DNA of 32,000 nucleotides from Candidatus Methylomirabilis oxygeniifera (GCA_000091165.1 FP565575.1:450001-482000); one strand, 5' to 3'. Numbered from the stretch's first letter, positions 17,456 through 29,195 are shown. Numbers and translations are program-made. Notes: generated by a model from the letters alone, not told the origin.

Positions 17456-20400
17456 TTGGATAAGTTTTTTGGGTTCTACGACGAAAAGACTATCGATCCT
17501 ACGAGCTTTAAGGCTATTCGGATCGGACTCGCGTCGCCGGAGAAGATTCGATCGTGGTCCTTCGGAGAGGTGAAGAAGCCGGAGACCATTAATTATCGGA
17601 CGTTCAAGCCGGAGCGAGATGGGCTCTTCTGCTCGAAGATCTTCGGCCCGACAAAGGATTGGGAATGTAACTGCGGCAAGTATAAGGGAATCAAGCATAA
17701 GGGGGTTGTCTGCGACAAGTGTGGCGTTGAGGTGATCAGGAGTAAGGCGCGACGACAGCGGCTGGGCCACATCGAGCTGGTCTCCCCGGTCGTACATGTC
17801 TGGTTCTACAAAGGCGTACCCAGCCGAATCGGCTATCTCCTCGATATATCCCTCCGCGACCTGGAGAAGGTTCTCTATTTTGAAGCGTATGTCGTCGTGA
17901 ACCCAGGTAAGACGTCATTCGACGTGAAGCAGCTCCTGACCGAGGAACAGCACCGTCAGGCCTGTGAGGAGTACGGAGACGCCTTCAAGGCTGGGATCGG
18001 CGCAGGGGCTATTCGGGATCTGTTGAAACGGCTGAATCTTCGCGAGCTCGCGGAAGGTCTCCATGCGCAGATGCTCCAAGAGACGTCCCAACAGAACCGG
18101 AAGAAGATCACCAAACGGTTACGCATCGTGGAGGCCTTCATCGATTCCGGCAATAAGCCCGAATGGATGATCCTGGACGCGATTCCGGTCCTACCCCCTG
18201 AGCTTAGGCCGCTGGTCCCCCTTGACGGTGGGCGTTTCGCGACATCGGACCTGAACGATCTCTATCGGCGGGTCATCAATCGTAATAACCGGCTGAGACG
18301 TCTTATTGAACTCAGGGCGCCAGATATCATCATCCGAAATGAGAAGCGGATGCTGCAAGAGGCGGTCGACGCGCTATTCGATAATGGTCGTCGCGGCCGC
18401 GCGTTGAAAGGACAGAACAATCGTCCCCTCAAGTCTCTTTCGGAAATGCTGAAGGGGAAGCAGGGGCGATTCCGTCAGAACTTACTCGGAAAAAGAGTGG
18501 ACTACTCCGGACGATCGGTGATTGTGGTAGGGCCGGAACTGAAGTTGCACCAGTGCGGCTTACCGAAGAAGATGGCGCTCGAACTGTTCAAACCCTTCAT
18601 CTTCAGGAAGCTCCTCAAAGACGGTGTTGTAACCACTATCAAGAGCGCCAAGAAGCTGGTAGAAAAGAGCAAGCCTGAGGTGTGGGACGCCCTGGAAGAG
18701 GTGATCCGCGAACACCCAGTCCTCCTGAACCGCGCCCCGACGCTGCACCGGTTGGGCGTGCAGGCGTTTGAACCCGTACTGGTGGAAGGGGAAGCGATCA
18801 AGATCCATCCCCTGGTCTGCGCGGCTTTCAATGCTGACTTCGATGGCGACCAGATGGCCGTCCATGTGCCCCTGTCGCCTGAAGCCCAGATCGAGGCCTC
18901 GGTGCTGATGCTGGCGCCCCATAATATTCTGTCACCGGCAAACGGTTTACCCATCGCTGCGCCAAGCCAGGATATCGTGCTGGGCTGTTACTACTTGACC
19001 AGGAGCCGAGCCGGCGAGATCGGCGAAGGGCATGTATTCTCCGATATGGACGAGGTGAAGGCTGCCTATGATGCCGATGAGGTAAGTCTGATGGCCGCGA
19101 TTAAGGTCCGCGTTGGAGGTGAGCTGATCGATGCCACTCCCGGCCGCTGCATCTTCAATGAACACCTGCCGGAGACACTCCGATTCATTAACCAGGAGAT
19201 GAACAGGCGGGAGTTGACACGTCTCATCGCGCAGTGCTACTACCTCCTTGGGAATGCGGAAACGGTCAAACTCCTGGACAATCTGAAGGATCTCGGATTC
19301 AGATATGCGACGCTCGCCGGAATCTCGATCGGCATTGACGATATGCTCGTTCCATCTACGAAGGGCAAGTTGATCGACGAGGCCAACAAGGAGATCGTCA
19401 AGATCGAGCGCGAGTATCAGGATGGTCTGATTACCAAAGGCGAACGTTACAACAAGATTATCGATATCTGGACTCACGTGACCGAACGTGTGTCTGATGA
19501 GATGTTCCGAGAGATCGAGGCGGAGGAGAAGGGGGAATTTAACCCGGTCTTCATGATGGCCGACTCCGGTGCGAGAGGCAGCCGGCAGCAGATCAGGCAG
19601 TTGGCCGGCATGCGCGGCTTGATGGCCAAACCCTCCGGAGAGATCATCGAGACCCCCATCACTGCGAACTTCCGGGAGGGTCTCACGGTCCTTCAGTACT
19701 TTATCTCAACCCACGGCGCCCGGAAGGGTTTGGCGGATACGGCGTTGAAGACGGCCGATTCCGGTTACCTGACGCGCCGGCTGGTGGATGTGGCGCAGGA
19801 TGTCATTGTCACCGAGGTGGATTGCGGTACACCGAATGGAATATGGGTCACCCCGCTCATCGAGGGCGGTGAGATTATACAACCTCTGCGTGACCGTATC
19901 CTCGGTCGGGTCGTCCTGGATGATCTCCTTGATCCCTTCACGGGAGAAATTCTGGTGGAGGCGAATCAGGAGATCGTAGAGATATTGGCCAGTAAGATTG
20001 AAAATGCCGGTATTGACAGGGTGAAGATCCGCTCCGTGCTGACGTGTGAGGCGCGACGCGGCATCTGCATTAAGTGCTATGGCCGTAATCTTGCTACCGG
20101 CAGGCTGGTGGAATTGGGAGAGGCGTGCGGCGTCCTGGCGGCGCAGTCTATCGGTGAGCCGGGAACCCAGTTGACCATGCGGACGTTCCATATCGGGGGT
20201 ACGGCGAGTCGTGCCGTCGAGCAGAGTACGCTCGAATGTAAGGGGGCGGGGATTGTCAGATTTACGAGCCTGCGTACGGTGAAGACCGCGAAGAACGATT
20301 ACGTGGTGATGAATCGCAATGGCGTGATCAGCATCATGGACGAGAAGGGACGGAAGAAAGAAAGCTACCCGGCGGTCTACGGCGGTCACCTGAAAGTGGA

Positions 20401-21553
20401 GGATGGCGCGACGGTGAAGGCGGGGCAGATCCTGATGGAGTGGGACCCCTTTACCAGTGCGATCCTGGCTGAACATGGCGGACTGGTGCACTTTCGGGAT
20501 GTCGTAGAGGGGGTGACTATCCGGGAGGAAGTAGACGAGGTCACCGGTCTATCCCAGCGCGTCGTGGTAGAGCATGGACGGGAGGATTTGCAGCCCAGGA
20601 TTTCGATTAAGGACGAGCAGGGCGCCACTGTCTTCCGCTGTTTGCTGCCTGTCAGCGCTCACCTGATGGTGAGCGAGGGACAGATGGTATCGGCAGGAGA
20701 CAGCATTTCGAAGATTCCACGGGAGACGATGAAAACGAAGGACATCACGGGTGGTCTTCCGCGGGTGGCCGAGCTGTTCGAGGCGCGCAGGCCGAAGGAT
20801 GCGGCAGTTATCTCCGAGATCGATGGTCGTGTGGAACTGGGCGGCATCGTCAAGGGTATGCGCAAACTGTCCGTCAGAGATGAGCACGGTGATCTGAGAG
20901 AATACTTGATCGCTCGACGCAGGCACGTTAATGTGCTGGATGGGGACGAGGTCAAGGCCGGTGAAGCGTTCATGGACGGCCCGATTAACCCCCACGATAT
21001 CCTGGACGTGTTGGGTGAACAGGAACTGCAGAAGTATCTGGTAAATGAGATCCAGGAAGTCTACCGGCTCCAAGGGGTTCAGATCAACGATAAACATATT
21101 GAGGTGATCGTCAGGCAGATGCTCAAGCGCGTTCGGGTCGAGGCCGTCGGCGACGCCAACTTCCTGGTCGGCGAGCATGTTGATAAGGCCGTCTTTCTTG
21201 AAGAGAACCAGCGTGTCGTGGCCTCAGGCGGGACTCCCGCTACCGCCAAGCCTCTTCTCCTTGGGATCACGAAGGCGTCACTCTCGACGGACAGCTTCAT
21301 CTCCGCCGCCTCGTTCCAGGAAACGACGAAGGTCTTGACGGAAGCGGCCATCAATGGGGCGAGGGATGAATTGCGTGGCCTGAAAGAGAACGTCATCATG
21401 GGTCGGCTGATTCCGGCCGGCACCGGGATGAGGTGGTACCGAGATACGACGATCTCGACTCCGGAGGTGGCGGCGCCGAAGGAACTCTTAACCGGAACGG
21501 CCGTCGCTGTTGACGAAGATTCGGACGAGCTGGATGCACCGTTGAATAATTGA
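17456..21553 (+). CDS. rpoC: DNA-directed RNA polymerase subunit beta'
   Basis: TTG start 5 nt after GGAGG (17446-17450). Contains the zinc finger [23 protein letters not shown] and the catalytic [12 protein letters not shown]. 1365 aa and unsplit. Confidence 0.98.
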   Translation: MDKFFGFYDEKTIDPTSFKAIRIGLASPEKIRSWSFGEVKKPETINYRTFKPERDGLFCSKIFGPTKDWECNCGKYKGIKHKGVVCDKCGVEVIRSKARRQRLGHIELVSPVVHVWFYKGVPSRIGYLLDISLRDLEKVLYFEAYVVVNPGKTSFDVKQLLTEEQHRQACEEYGDAFKAGIGAGAIRDLLKRLNLRELAEGLHAQMLQETSQQNRKKITKRLRIVEAFIDSGNKPEWMILDAIPVLPPELRPLVPLDGGRFATSDLNDLYRRVINRNNRLRRLIELRAPDIIIRNEKRMLQEAVDALFDNGRRGRALKGQNNRPLKSLSEMLKGKQGRFRQNLLGKRVDYSGRSVIVVGPELKLHQCGLPKKMALELFKPFIFRKLLKDGVVTTIKSAKKLVEKSKPEVWDALEEVIREHPVLLNRAPTLHRLGVQAFEPVLVEGEAIKIHPLVCAAFNADFDGDQMAVHVPLSPEAQIEASVLMLAPHNILSPANGLPIAAPSQDIVLGCYYLTRSRAGEIGEGHVFSDMDEVKAAYDADEVSLMAAIKVRVGGELIDATPGRCIFNEHLPETLRFINQEMNRRELTRLIAQCYYLLGNAETVKLLDNLKDLGFRYATLAGISIGIDDMLVPSTKGKLIDEANKEIVKIEREYQDGLITKGERYNKIIDIWTHVTERVSDEMFREIEAEEKGEFNPVFMMADSGARGSRQQIRQLAGMRGLMAKPSGEIIETPITANFREGLTVLQYFISTHGARKGLADTALKTADSGYLTRRLVDVAQDVIVTEVDCGTPNGIWVTPLIEGGEIIQPLRDRILGRVVLDDLLDPFTGEILVEANQEIVEILASKIENAGIDRVKIRSVLTCEARRGICIKCYGRNLATGRLVELGEACGVLAAQSIGEPGTQLTMRTFHIGGTASRAVEQSTLECKGAGIVRFTSLRTVKTAKNDYVVMNRNGVISIMDEKGRKKESYPAVYGGHLKVEDGATVKAGQILMEWDPFTSAILAEHGGLVHFRDVVEGVTIREEVDEVTGLSQRVVVEHGREDLQPRISIKDEQGATVFRCLLPVSAHLMVSEGQMVSAGDSISKIPRETMKTKDITGGLPRVAELFEARRPKDAAVISEIDGRVELGGIVKGMRKLSVRDEHGDLREYLIARRRHVNVLDGDEVKAGEAFMDGPINPHDILDVLGEQELQKYLVNEIQEVYRLQGVQINDKHIEVIVRQMLKRVRVEAVGDANFLVGEHVDKAVFLEENQRVVASGGTPATAKPLLLGITKASLSTDSFISAASFQETTKVLTEAAINGARDELRGLKENVIMGRLIPAGTGMRWYRDTTISTPEVAAPKELLTGTAVAVDEDSDELDAPLNN

Positions 21554-21585
21554 TAATTAATCTAAGAAAGTGGTCATTAAAAAGC

Positions 21586-21613
21586 TTGACAATAGCAACT
21601 GACTCTATATAAT
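21586..21613 (+). promoter_or_regulatory. Consensus sigma70-type promoter of the rpsL-rpsG-fusA-tuf (str) operon: TTGACA-N16-TATAAT
   Basis: -35 TTGACA at 21586-21591, 16-nt spacer, -10 TATAAT at 21608-21613. There is an A/T-rich UP-like tract upstream, and the rpsL GTG is at 21646. Confidence 0.7.
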
Positions 21614-21645
21614 ATCTTGGTTTGCCTAATAGAGGGGAGGAGCCA

Positions 21646-22023
21646 GTGCCCACCATCCACCAGTTAGTTCGTAAGGGTCGAGCAGCAGCCGTGAAGAAGG
21701 CCAAGACGCCGGCGTTGCAGCGGTGTCCGCAGCGGCGTGGGGTCTGTATTCGCGTCTACACGACCACGCCAAAGAAGCCGAACTCGGCCCTTCGGAAGGT
21801 GACCAGGGTGCGTCTCAGCAACGGGATCGAGGTGACCACGTATATTCCCGGGATCGGCCACAATTTGCAGGAGCATTCGATTGTCCTGATCAGGGGAGGG
21901 CGCGTGAAGGATCTGCCTGGTGTCCGCTATCATGTGATTCGCGGCGCGCTCGATACGGCAGGGGTCCAGGATCGCAAACAGGCTCGATCCCTTTATGGAG
22001 CGAAGAGACCAAAGACCGGCTAA
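21646..22023 (+). CDS. rpsL: 30S ribosomal protein S12
   Basis: (M)[11 protein letters not shown] is the canonical S12 N-terminus from GTG 21646, preceded by GAGGGGAGGAG. The listed TTG 21622 extension begins only 8 nt after the predicted -10, at about the expected transcription start. Confidence 0.95.
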   Translation: MPTIHQLVRKGRAAAVKKAKTPALQRCPQRRGVCIRVYTTTPKKPNSALRKVTRVRLSNGIEVTTYIPGIGHNLQEHSIVLIRGGRVKDLPGVRYHVIRGALDTAGVQDRKQARSLYGAKRPKTG

Positions 22024-22129
22024 TGATCTTCGGTACTGAAGAGACAATCGGCTCTTCACGGGCCCTGCCTGAAGCGCCGATTTTAATTTTCTGATCGAGT
22101 GTAGAACCCATTTCCTCGGGGAACGCGTT

Positions 22130-22600
22130 ATGCCAAGACGAAAAGTAGCTGACAAGCACGAGATTGTTGCTGATCCCGTCTATAACAACCGGATGGTTGC
22201 GAAGTTTATCAACACCATGATGGTCAAGGGCAAAAAGAGCGTGGCCGAATCGATTGTCTACGGGTCGATGAAGATTATTGAAGATCGGGCCAAAACCGAT
22301 CCGTTGCGGATGTTTAAACAGGCTGTAGACAACGTCAAGCCGATCCTTGAAGTCAAATCGCGCCGCGTGGGCGGCGCAACCTATCAGGTGCCGGTTGAGG
22401 TCCGAGCGGATCGTCGGACGTCGCTGGCGTTCCGTTGGATCATCGGATTTTCAAGGAAACGCACAGAGAAGACGATGGCCGAGCGGTTAGCTGCTGAGTT
22501 GACGGAGGCGGCGGCCAACCGAGGCAGCTCGGTCAAGAAGAAGGAAGATACGCATAAGATGGCTGAAGCGAATAAGGCGTTCGCCCATTATCGCTGGTAA
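22130..22600 (+). CDS. rpsG: 30S ribosomal protein S7
   Basis: [28 protein letters not shown] ... [14 protein letters not shown]. Confidence 0.97.
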   Translation: MPRRKVADKHEIVADPVYNNRMVAKFINTMMVKGKKSVAESIVYGSMKIIEDRAKTDPLRMFKQAVDNVKPILEVKSRRVGGATYQVPVEVRADRRTSLAFRWIIGFSRKRTEKTMAERLAAELTEAAANRGSSVKKKEDTHKMAEANKAFAHYRW

Positions 22601-22605
22601 GAGGA

Positions 22606-22686
22606 AGTGATTAGTGCCTCGTGTTAAGTGTCGAGTAAAGAACCTCAAGGTGAACGCTCGACGCTCAACACTCAACACTCGTAACC
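22606..22686. repeat. Heptamer inverted-repeat element (AGTG / CACT core)
   Basis: AGTGATT AGTGCCT CGTGTTA AGTGTCG AGTAAAG, an 11-nt spacer, then GAACGCT CGACGCT CAACACT CAACACT CGTAACC. Stem 22621-22635 pairs with 22657-22671 (13 Watson-Crick plus 1 G:U of 15). Confidence 0.8.
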
Positions 22687-22698
22687 CGGAAGACTAAG

Positions 22699-24792
22699 AT
22701 GGCAGAGACATATTCAATAGAGACAGTCCGGAACATCGGGATCATGGCCCACATCGATGCGGGGAAGACCACCACTACGGAGCGGATCCTGTATTACACC
22801 GGCAAGACCTATAAGATCGGCGAGGTTCACGAGGGTTCCACCGAGATGGATTGGATGGAGCAGGAGCGCGAGCGGGGGATTACGATTACCTCTGCCACCA
22901 CTACCTGTTTTTGGCGGAATCATCGAATCAACATTATCGATACGCCCGGACACGTCGATTTTACCGTTGAGGTTGAACGGTCGCTGCGGGTGCTGGATGG
23001 GGCTGTAGCGGTATTCGACGCCGTGGCTGGGGTTGAACCTCAGTCGGAGACGGTATGGCGGCAGGCGAATAAGTATAGCGTTCCCCGGATCGCCTTCGTG
23101 AATAAGATGGATCGCATGGGGGCCAATTTCGATCAGTGTGTTCGGATGATGGCCGAGCGCCTCGGGGCCGTTCCGCTGGTTGTGCAGCTCCCTATCGGTA
23201 AAGAGGATCACTTCCAGGGTATCGTCGACCTCATCCGAATGAAGGCGGTGATCTGGAACGAGGAGACATTGGGAGCAAGCTATCAGGAGGAGGACATTTC
23301 AGAGGAGATGCGCCCGCTCGCTCAGGAGGCTCGCGAGCGGCTGCTGGAGACCATCGCTGAAGTGGACGACGGCTTCCTTGTACGGTATGTGGACGGCTTG
23401 GCGGTTGGGCCTGACGAGATTAAGGCCGCCATCCGCAGTGCCGTACTCAGGCTTAAGTTGGTCCCGGTGCTGGCCGGCGCCTCGTTCAAGAACAAAGGGG
23501 TGCAGCCGCTGCTGGATGCAGTTGTCGACTATCTTCCCTCTCCGGTTGATCTGCCGCCGATTGAGGGTCTCGATACGGCGACAGGGAAACCCGCCGTACG
23601 AATCCCTAAGCCGAAGGAACCATTCGCGGCATTAGTATTCAAGATTATGACGGACCCGTATGTGGGGCAACTGGCCTTCTTCAGAGTCTACTCCGGCAGC
23701 CTGAGCTCCGGCAGCCAGGTGTACAACTCTACGCGCAGTACCCGTGAGCGGGTCGGACGACTGCTGCAAATGCATGCGAACAAACGCGAGGACATCAAGG
23801 AGGTCTCTGCCGGCGACATTGCGGCTGCTGTGGGACTCAAGGGCGCCAGGACAGGAGATACCCTGTGTGACGAGGTCAACCAGATTATTCTGGAGTCGAT
23901 CGTGTTTCCAGAGCCCGTGATCTCTGTGGCCATTGAGCCGAAGACGAAAGAAGGCCAGGATCGGCTGGCGGCTGGGCTTGCTGCGTTAGCCAATGAAGAT
24001 CCGACCTTTCGCGCCAGTACGGACGAAGAGACCGGTCAGACCATCATCTCGGGAATGGGCGAACTGCATCTTGAGATCATCGTCGACAGACTCCTGCGGG
24101 AGTTTCGGGTGGAGGCGAATGTCGGTAAGCCTCAGGTGGCCTACCGTGAAACCGTGACGGTTTTGGCCGAGGCTGAGGGCCGGTATGTGCGACAAACCGG
24201 CGGGCGCGGACAGTACGGGCACGTCTGGATCAAGTTGGAGCCTGCCGTTGCTCGATCGGGATTCGAGTTTGTGAACAAGATTGTGGGCGGTGTAGTGCCC
24301 AAAGAGTATATTTCAGCGGTAGAGAAGGGAATCAAGGAGGCGTTGCATACCGGGGTGGTGGCCGGTTACCCGGTCATCGATGTGAAGGTTACCCTCTTCG
24401 ACGGATCGTATCATGAAGTGGACTCCTCCGAGATGTCGTTCAAGATCGCCGGGTCAATGGCGTTCAAAGCGGCAGCCGTCCGTGGAAAGCCGGTGCTGCT
24501 GGAACCGATCATGCAAGTCGATGTCTCAACACCCGAGGATTTTCTCGGCGACGTTATCGGAAATTTGAATTCGCGTCGCGGTCGGGTCACTGGGATCGAG
24601 TCCAGGCAGGCCTCCCAGGTTGTTCAAGCGGATGTGCCGCTATCCGAGATGTTCGGGTATGCTACCGACCTGCGCTCAGCCACTCAGGGACGGGCTGCCC
24701 ATTCGATGCAGTTCTCGCGGTACGAGCCTGTTCCCGCCAGTATTGCAGAAGAGATTGTGGCCCGTATGGGCGGGCGGACCGGCGGACGGTAG
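22699..24792 (+). CDS. fusA: Elongation factor G
   Basis: 697 aa with [37 protein letters not shown] and domain IV/V motifs. Confidence 0.98.
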   Translation: MAETYSIETVRNIGIMAHIDAGKTTTTERILYYTGKTYKIGEVHEGSTEMDWMEQERERGITITSATTTCFWRNHRINIIDTPGHVDFTVEVERSLRVLDGAVAVFDAVAGVEPQSETVWRQANKYSVPRIAFVNKMDRMGANFDQCVRMMAERLGAVPLVVQLPIGKEDHFQGIVDLIRMKAVIWNEETLGASYQEEDISEEMRPLAQEARERLLETIAEVDDGFLVRYVDGLAVGPDEIKAAIRSAVLRLKLVPVLAGASFKNKGVQPLLDAVVDYLPSPVDLPPIEGLDTATGKPAVRIPKPKEPFAALVFKIMTDPYVGQLAFFRVYSGSLSSGSQVYNSTRSTRERVGRLLQMHANKREDIKEVSAGDIAAAVGLKGARTGDTLCDEVNQIILESIVFPEPVISVAIEPKTKEGQDRLAAGLAALANEDPTFRASTDEETGQTIISGMGELHLEIIVDRLLREFRVEANVGKPQVAYRETVTVLAEAEGRYVRQTGGRGQYGHVWIKLEPAVARSGFEFVNKIVGGVVPKEYISAVEKGIKEALHTGVVAGYPVIDVKVTLFDGSYHEVDSSEMSFKIAGSMAFKAAAVRGKPVLLEPIMQVDVSTPEDFLGDVIGNLNSRRGRVTGIESRQASQVVQADVPLSEMFGYATDLRSATQGRAAHSMQFSRYEPVPASIAEEIVARMGGRTGGR

Positions 24793-24825
24793 TCGGACTC
24801 AGTTTCGTTTCTAAAGGAGCGGTTC

Positions 24826-26028
24826 ATGGCCAAGGCGAAGTTCGAGCGGACGAAAGAACATATGAACATCGGGACCATCGGGCACATCGACCACGGCAAG
24901 ACCACCCTGACCGCGGCGATCACGAAGGTCCTCCATGCGGCGAATGCGAAGGTCGCCTTCGTTCCCTTCGACCAGATCGACAAGGCGCCGGAGGAGAAGG
25001 AGCGGGGGATCACTATCAACATCGCCCACGTCGAGTATGAGACGGCCAAGCGGCACTACGCCCATGTCGACTGCCCCGGCCACGCCGACTACATCAAGAA
25101 CATGATCACCGGCGCGGCTCAGATGGACGGGGCGATCCTGGTCGTCGCCGCCTCTGAGGGCCCAATGCCCCAGACCCGCGAGCACATCCTCCTGGCCCGA
25201 CAGGTCAACGTCCCCAACCTGGTCGTCTTTCTGAACAAGGTCGACCTGGTGGACGATCCCGAACTGCTCGAGCTGGTCGAACTGGAGGTCCGCGAGCTGC
25301 TCACCGCCTACAACTTCCCGGGCGACGACATCCCCTTTGTCCGCGGCAGCGCGCTCAAAGCGCTGGAGACCGGCAGCGGTGACCGCAGCAACCCGGCGTC
25401 CACACCGATCTTTGAGCTCATGGACGCTGTCGACGCCTACTTCCCCGCCCCCGTCCGCGTGCTGGATAAGCCGTTCCTCATGCCGATCGAGGACGTCTTC
25501 TCGATCTCCGGACGCGGGACCGTCGTCACCGGCCGCGTCGAGCGCGGCATCATCAAGGTCAGCGACGAGGTGGAGCTCGTCGGCATCCGAGATACCCAGC
25601 GGACCGTCGTCACCGGGGTCGAGATGTTCCGGAAGCTCCTCGATCAGGGCCAGGCCGGCGACAACGTCGGGCTGCTCCTGCGAGGGACCAAGCGCGAGGA
25701 AGTAGAGCGCGGCCAGGTGGTGGCCAAGCCCGGCTCCATCCCCCCCCATACGCGCTTTAAGGCCGAAGCCTACATCCTCACCAAGGAAGAGGGCGGTCGC
25801 CATACCCCCTTCTTCAACGGCTATCGGCCCCAGTTCTACTTCCGGACGACTGATGTGACGGGGGTCTGCACGCTCCCCGCCGGGACCGAGATGGTCATGC
25901 CGGGCGACAACGTGAGCCTCGCGGTCGAACTGATTCAGCCGATCGCCATGGAGAAGGAGTTGCGCTTCGCGATCCGCGAGGGCGGCCGCACTGTGGGGGC
26001 CGGCGTGGTGAGCGAGGTGTTGGAGTAG
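24826..26028 (+). CDS. tuf: Elongation factor Tu, copy 2 (tufA-like position after fusA)
   Basis: A 400-aa protein identical to copy 1. SD AAGGAG at 24813-24818. Confidence 0.98.
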   Translation: MAKAKFERTKEHMNIGTIGHIDHGKTTLTAAITKVLHAANAKVAFVPFDQIDKAPEEKERGITINIAHVEYETAKRHYAHVDCPGHADYIKNMITGAAQMDGAILVVAASEGPMPQTREHILLARQVNVPNLVVFLNKVDLVDDPELLELVELEVRELLTAYNFPGDDIPFVRGSALKALETGSGDRSNPASTPIFELMDAVDAYFPAPVRVLDKPFLMPIEDVFSISGRGTVVTGRVERGIIKVSDEVELVGIRDTQRTVVTGVEMFRKLLDQGQAGDNVGLLLRGTKREEVERGQVVAKPGSIPPHTRFKAEAYILTKEEGGRHTPFFNGYRPQFYFRTTDVTGVCTLPAGTEMVMPGDNVSLAVELIQPIAMEKELRFAIREGGRTVGAGVVSEVLE

Positions 26029-26033
26029 GGGGG
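24826..26033 (+). repeat. 1208-bp direct repeat, copy B (apparently identical to 8479-9686)
   Basis: Offset of 16347 bp from copy A. The flanks diverge immediately outside the repeat (T vs C at -1; AACA vs TAGA after the shared GGGGG). Confidence 0.85.
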
Positions 26034-26047
26034 TAGAGACAGGAACG

Positions 26048-26356
26048 ATGGAAAATCAGCGAATACGAATTAGGCTAAAGGCCTACGACCACCGAATCCT
26101 CGACCAGTCGGCTAAGGAGATCGTCAACACGGCCCAGCGAACAGGCGCGAGGGTATCAGGGCCCATCCCGTTGCCGACCAAGATCAGTCGATTTACCGTG
26201 CTGCGCTCGCCGCACATCGATAAGAAGTCGCGCGAACAGTTCGAGATGCGGACTCATCTTCGGTTGATGGACATCCTAGACGCGCAGCCTCAGACGGTAG
26301 ATGCGCTGATGCGACTCGATCTCCCGGCCGGCGTCGACGTCGAGATCAAGCTCTAA
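26048..26356 (+). CDS. rpsJ: 30S ribosomal protein S10
   Basis: [24 protein letters not shown] ... [17 protein letters not shown]. Confidence 0.97.
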   Translation: MENQRIRIRLKAYDHRILDQSAKEIVNTAQRTGARVSGPIPLPTKISRFTVLRSPHIDKKSREQFEMRTHLRLMDILDAQPQTVDALMRLDLPAGVDVEIKL

Positions 26357-26359
26357 AAA

Positions 26360-26415
26360 CAGCCGGCAGCAATGAGCTTTCAGCTAGCCGCTGATCGCTG
26401 ACAACTGACAGCCAA
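26360..26415. repeat. Eight contiguous heptamers switching from CAGC-type to GCTGA-type
   Basis: CAGCCGG CAGCAAT GAGCTTT CAGCTAG CCGCTGA TCGCTGA CAACTGA CAGCCAA. Confidence 0.75.
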
Positions 26416-26427
26416 GGGTTAATTGAT

Positions 26428-27060
26428 ATGGGTATCGGGTTACTTGGAAAAAAGGTTGGGATGACGCAACTGTTTGGCGAGAGCGGGAACGCCGTCCCGG
26501 TGACGATCATCGAGGCAGGCCCGTGTCCGATCGTGCAACTGAGGACCAGCAGCACGGATGGGTACGAGGCCGTGCAGATCGGTTACCGGGCGGAGCGAAA
26601 GACCAGGAGAATCGCCAAGCCGCTCAAGGGTCACTTCGATAAGGCCAAGGTGACGCCTCAGAAGTATCTGAGAGAGTTCCGGTTGAAGACTCAGGACAGT
26701 TCAAAGTATACGGTTGGTGAGATTCTCACCGTCGGTCTCTTTGAGGCGGGAGAGAAGGTCCAGGTCACCGGTATCACAAAGGGGAAGGGATTTCAGGGCG
26801 GCGTCAAGCGATGGGGCTATCTGGGTGGCCCAGAGACACACGGCTCGATGTTCCACCGTGCTCCTGGGTCAATCGGGGCTTCGTCCTTTCCGTCCCGAGT
26901 CTTCAAGGGGCACCATATGCCGGGACGGATGGGTACTGACAGAGCCACTGTGAAGGGGCTCCAAGTCGTGAAGATTCTTCCGGAGCAGAATCTGGTGTTG
27001 GTCAAAGGCGCTGTGCCGGGACCGGCCGGCAGCGTCGTCACGATTTCGAAACGAGGCTAA
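26428..27060 (+). CDS. rplC: 50S ribosomal protein L3
   Basis: GLLGKKVGMTQLF ... GKGFQGGVKRWGY. Confidence 0.97.
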   Translation: MGIGLLGKKVGMTQLFGESGNAVPVTIIEAGPCPIVQLRTSSTDGYEAVQIGYRAERKTRRIAKPLKGHFDKAKVTPQKYLREFRLKTQDSSKYTVGEILTVGLFEAGEKVQVTGITKGKGFQGGVKRWGYLGGPETHGSMFHRAPGSIGASSFPSRVFKGHHMPGRMGTDRATVKGLQVVKILPEQNLVLVKGAVPGPAGSVVTISKRG

Positions 27061-27064
27061 TGGG

Positions 27065-27700
27065 ATGTCGGTCATAGTTCAGGCGCTGGATACGAACGGC
27101 GTAAAAACAACAGATGTCACCCTCGATGAGATGGTATTCGGTGCTGTCGGTCCATCGCATCTCATGCACGACGTGGTCCGAATGCAACTGGCGAATCGTC
27201 GTCAGGGGACTGCCTCAACCCGCAGACGATCCGAGGTCCGAGGCGGCGGAAAAAAACCCTGGAAGCAAAAGGGAACCGGTCGAGCACGATCGGGAACGAG
27301 ACGTTCACCACTATGGCGCGGCGGTGGGACGGTATTCGGTCCCCAACCTCGAAGTTATGCCTACGAGATACCGCGTCAGGTGCGAGCCTCGGCCCTTCGG
27401 ACCGCGCTTTCTGAGAAGGTTCGGGCCGGACAGTTTGTGGTGGTGGACGGTCTTTCGCTGGCGGAGCCGAGCACCAAGGCGTTCAAGGCTCTGCTGACGC
27501 GATTGGGTGTGCAGGGACGCGCCTTGTTCGTGACGGACCAGGTCCACCAGGATGATGCGGTGAGTATGTCGTGTCGTAATCTACCAGATGTCACGCTTGT
27601 GCCGACGGCCGGGTTGAACGTGTACGATATCCTGCGGCACGACACCCTGATAATGACCAAGGGCGCAGTGAGTGCGGTCGAAGAGGCGTGGAAGCCATGA
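27065..27700 (+). CDS. rplD: 50S ribosomal protein L4
   Basis: [49 protein letters not shown]. Confidence 0.97.
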   Translation: MSVIVQALDTNGVKTTDVTLDEMVFGAVGPSHLMHDVVRMQLANRRQGTASTRRRSEVRGGGKKPWKQKGTGRARSGTRRSPLWRGGGTVFGPQPRSYAYEIPRQVRASALRTALSEKVRAGQFVVVDGLSLAEPSTKAFKALLTRLGVQGRALFVTDQVHQDDAVSMSCRNLPDVTLVPTAGLNVYDILRHDTLIMTKGAVSAVEEAWKP

Positions 27701-27987
27701 GAGAGGCATATCAGATCATCCGTCGTCCTCTTATCACCGAGAAGGGAACGGATTTGAAGGACCAGACCAATCAGTACCTTTTCGAGGTAGCCGGTAACGC
27801 CAATAAGATCGAGATCAAGCGTGCGGTAGAATCGCTGTTCGGAGTAAAGGTACGTCAGGTGCGAACACTCTCCGTGAAGGGCAAAACCAAGCGGCTGGGT
27901 CGTTTTATCGGTCGCACATCCGACTGGAAGAAGGCCATAGCAACCCTGAAAGAAGGGGAAACCATCGAGTTCTTCGAGGGAGCATAG
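27697..27987 (+). CDS. rplW: 50S ribosomal protein L23
   Basis: [12 protein letters not shown] ... [18 protein letters not shown] 27697 overlaps the rplD stop as ATGA. The listed GTG 27688 is an alternative start. Confidence 0.93.
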   Translation: MREAYQIIRRPLITEKGTDLKDQTNQYLFEVAGNANKIEIKRAVESLFGVKVRQVRTLSVKGKTKRLGRFIGRTSDWKKAIATLKEGETIEFFEGA

Positions 27988-28806
27988 ATGCCGATTCGAG
28001 CATACAAACCGACATCTCCGGGCAGGCGCTTCCAGACTGTTCTGGAGTATGCGGACGTCACTAAATCCACACCGGAGAAGGCGCTACTCCGGCCCGCCAG
28101 GAAGAGCGGCGGCCGGAATGCGGCCGGTAGGCTTACAGTACGGCATCGTGGAGGCGGGCACAAGCGACAGTACCGGCTCGTCGATTTTAAGCGGAATAAG
28201 CCGGGTGTCTTCGCCAAGGTGGCGGCGATCGAGTACGACCCGAACCGTTCAGCGCGAATTGCGCTCCTGCACTATGCGGACGGAGAGAAGCGGTACATTG
28301 TCGGTCCCCTGGGTCTTCAGGTTGGAGAACAGGTGATGTCCGGGGCACAGGCCGAGATTAAGGTCGGCAACGCGCTTCCGCTGCGTGCCATTCCCGTCGG
28401 CATCACGCTCCATAATCTTGAATTGAAGCCCGGTAAGGGAGCGCAACTGGCGAGAAGCGCCGGATCCGGTGTACAATTCCTGGCCAAAGAGGGCGACCTC
28501 GGCCTGGTGAAGCTGCCATCCGGTGAGTTGCGTCGCCTCAGCCTTGATTGTATGGCGGTTGTCGGTCAGGTCGGTAACCTCGAGTACGAGAACGTATCGT
28601 TGGGGAAGGCTGGGCGGTCGCGATGGCTTGGGATCAGGCCGGCCGTTCGCGGTGTGGCCATGAACCCTCACGATCACCCCTTAGGCGGCGGTGAGGGCAA
28701 AACGTCCGGCGGTCGCCAGCCCTGCAGTCCCTGGGGGAAACTCGAGCGGAAAACGAGAAAGAAGGGAAAGCCCTCGGATCGTTTCATTGTGAAACGCCGA
28801 AAGTAA
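27988..28806 (+). CDS. rplB: 50S ribosomal protein L2
   Basis: YKPTSPGRR ... [23 protein letters not shown]. Confidence 0.98.
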   Translation: MPIRAYKPTSPGRRFQTVLEYADVTKSTPEKALLRPARKSGGRNAAGRLTVRHRGGGHKRQYRLVDFKRNKPGVFAKVAAIEYDPNRSARIALLHYADGEKRYIVGPLGLQVGEQVMSGAQAEIKVGNALPLRAIPVGITLHNLELKPGKGAQLARSAGSGVQFLAKEGDLGLVKLPSGELRRLSLDCMAVVGQVGNLEYENVSLGKAGRSRWLGIRPAVRGVAMNPHDHPLGGGEGKTSGGRQPCSPWGKLERKTRKKGKPSDRFIVKRRK

Positions 28807-28887
28807 GGCAGGGTCGAGAGGCGAAGAACTGCCTGTGCAGGATCGGACCTCAGACCTTACAGCTCGGACGGCTGAACGGAGGTTAGT

Positions 28888-29172
28888 GTGCCGCGTTCAC
28901 TAAAAAAGGGTGCGTACGTAGAACCGAAGCTCCTCAAGAAGATTGAGTCGATGAATGAGGGTAGGGAGAAGAAAATCGTCAAGTCCTGGTCGAGGCGGTC
29001 GATTATCCTTCCTGAGTTTGTCGGACATACGCTGGCGATCCATAACGGGAAGAAGTTCATCCCCATTTACATTAGTGAGAACATGGTCGGGCATAAACTT
29101 GGGGAATTCTCTCCAACCAGGACCTTCCGTGGGCATGGGGCGCACACCACGCGCTCCAGTGCACTCAAATAA
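28888..29172 (+). CDS. rpsS: 30S ribosomal protein S19
   Basis: GTG start. [19 protein letters not shown] ... [32 protein letters not shown]. Confidence 0.97.
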   Translation: MPRSLKKGAYVEPKLLKKIESMNEGREKKIVKSWSRRSIILPEFVGHTLAIHNGKKFIPIYISENMVGHKLGEFSPTRTFRGHGAHTTRSSALK

Positions 29173-29195
29173 ACATTAAGAGGACCGTGTCGATC

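Noticed and set aside
21622-21645. TTG-initiated 8-codon extension of rpsL in the ORF track.
   Set aside because: GTG 21646 gives the canonical PTIHQL N-terminus and is preceded by a strong SD. The TTG lies only 8 nt after the predicted -10, at about the expected transcription start.
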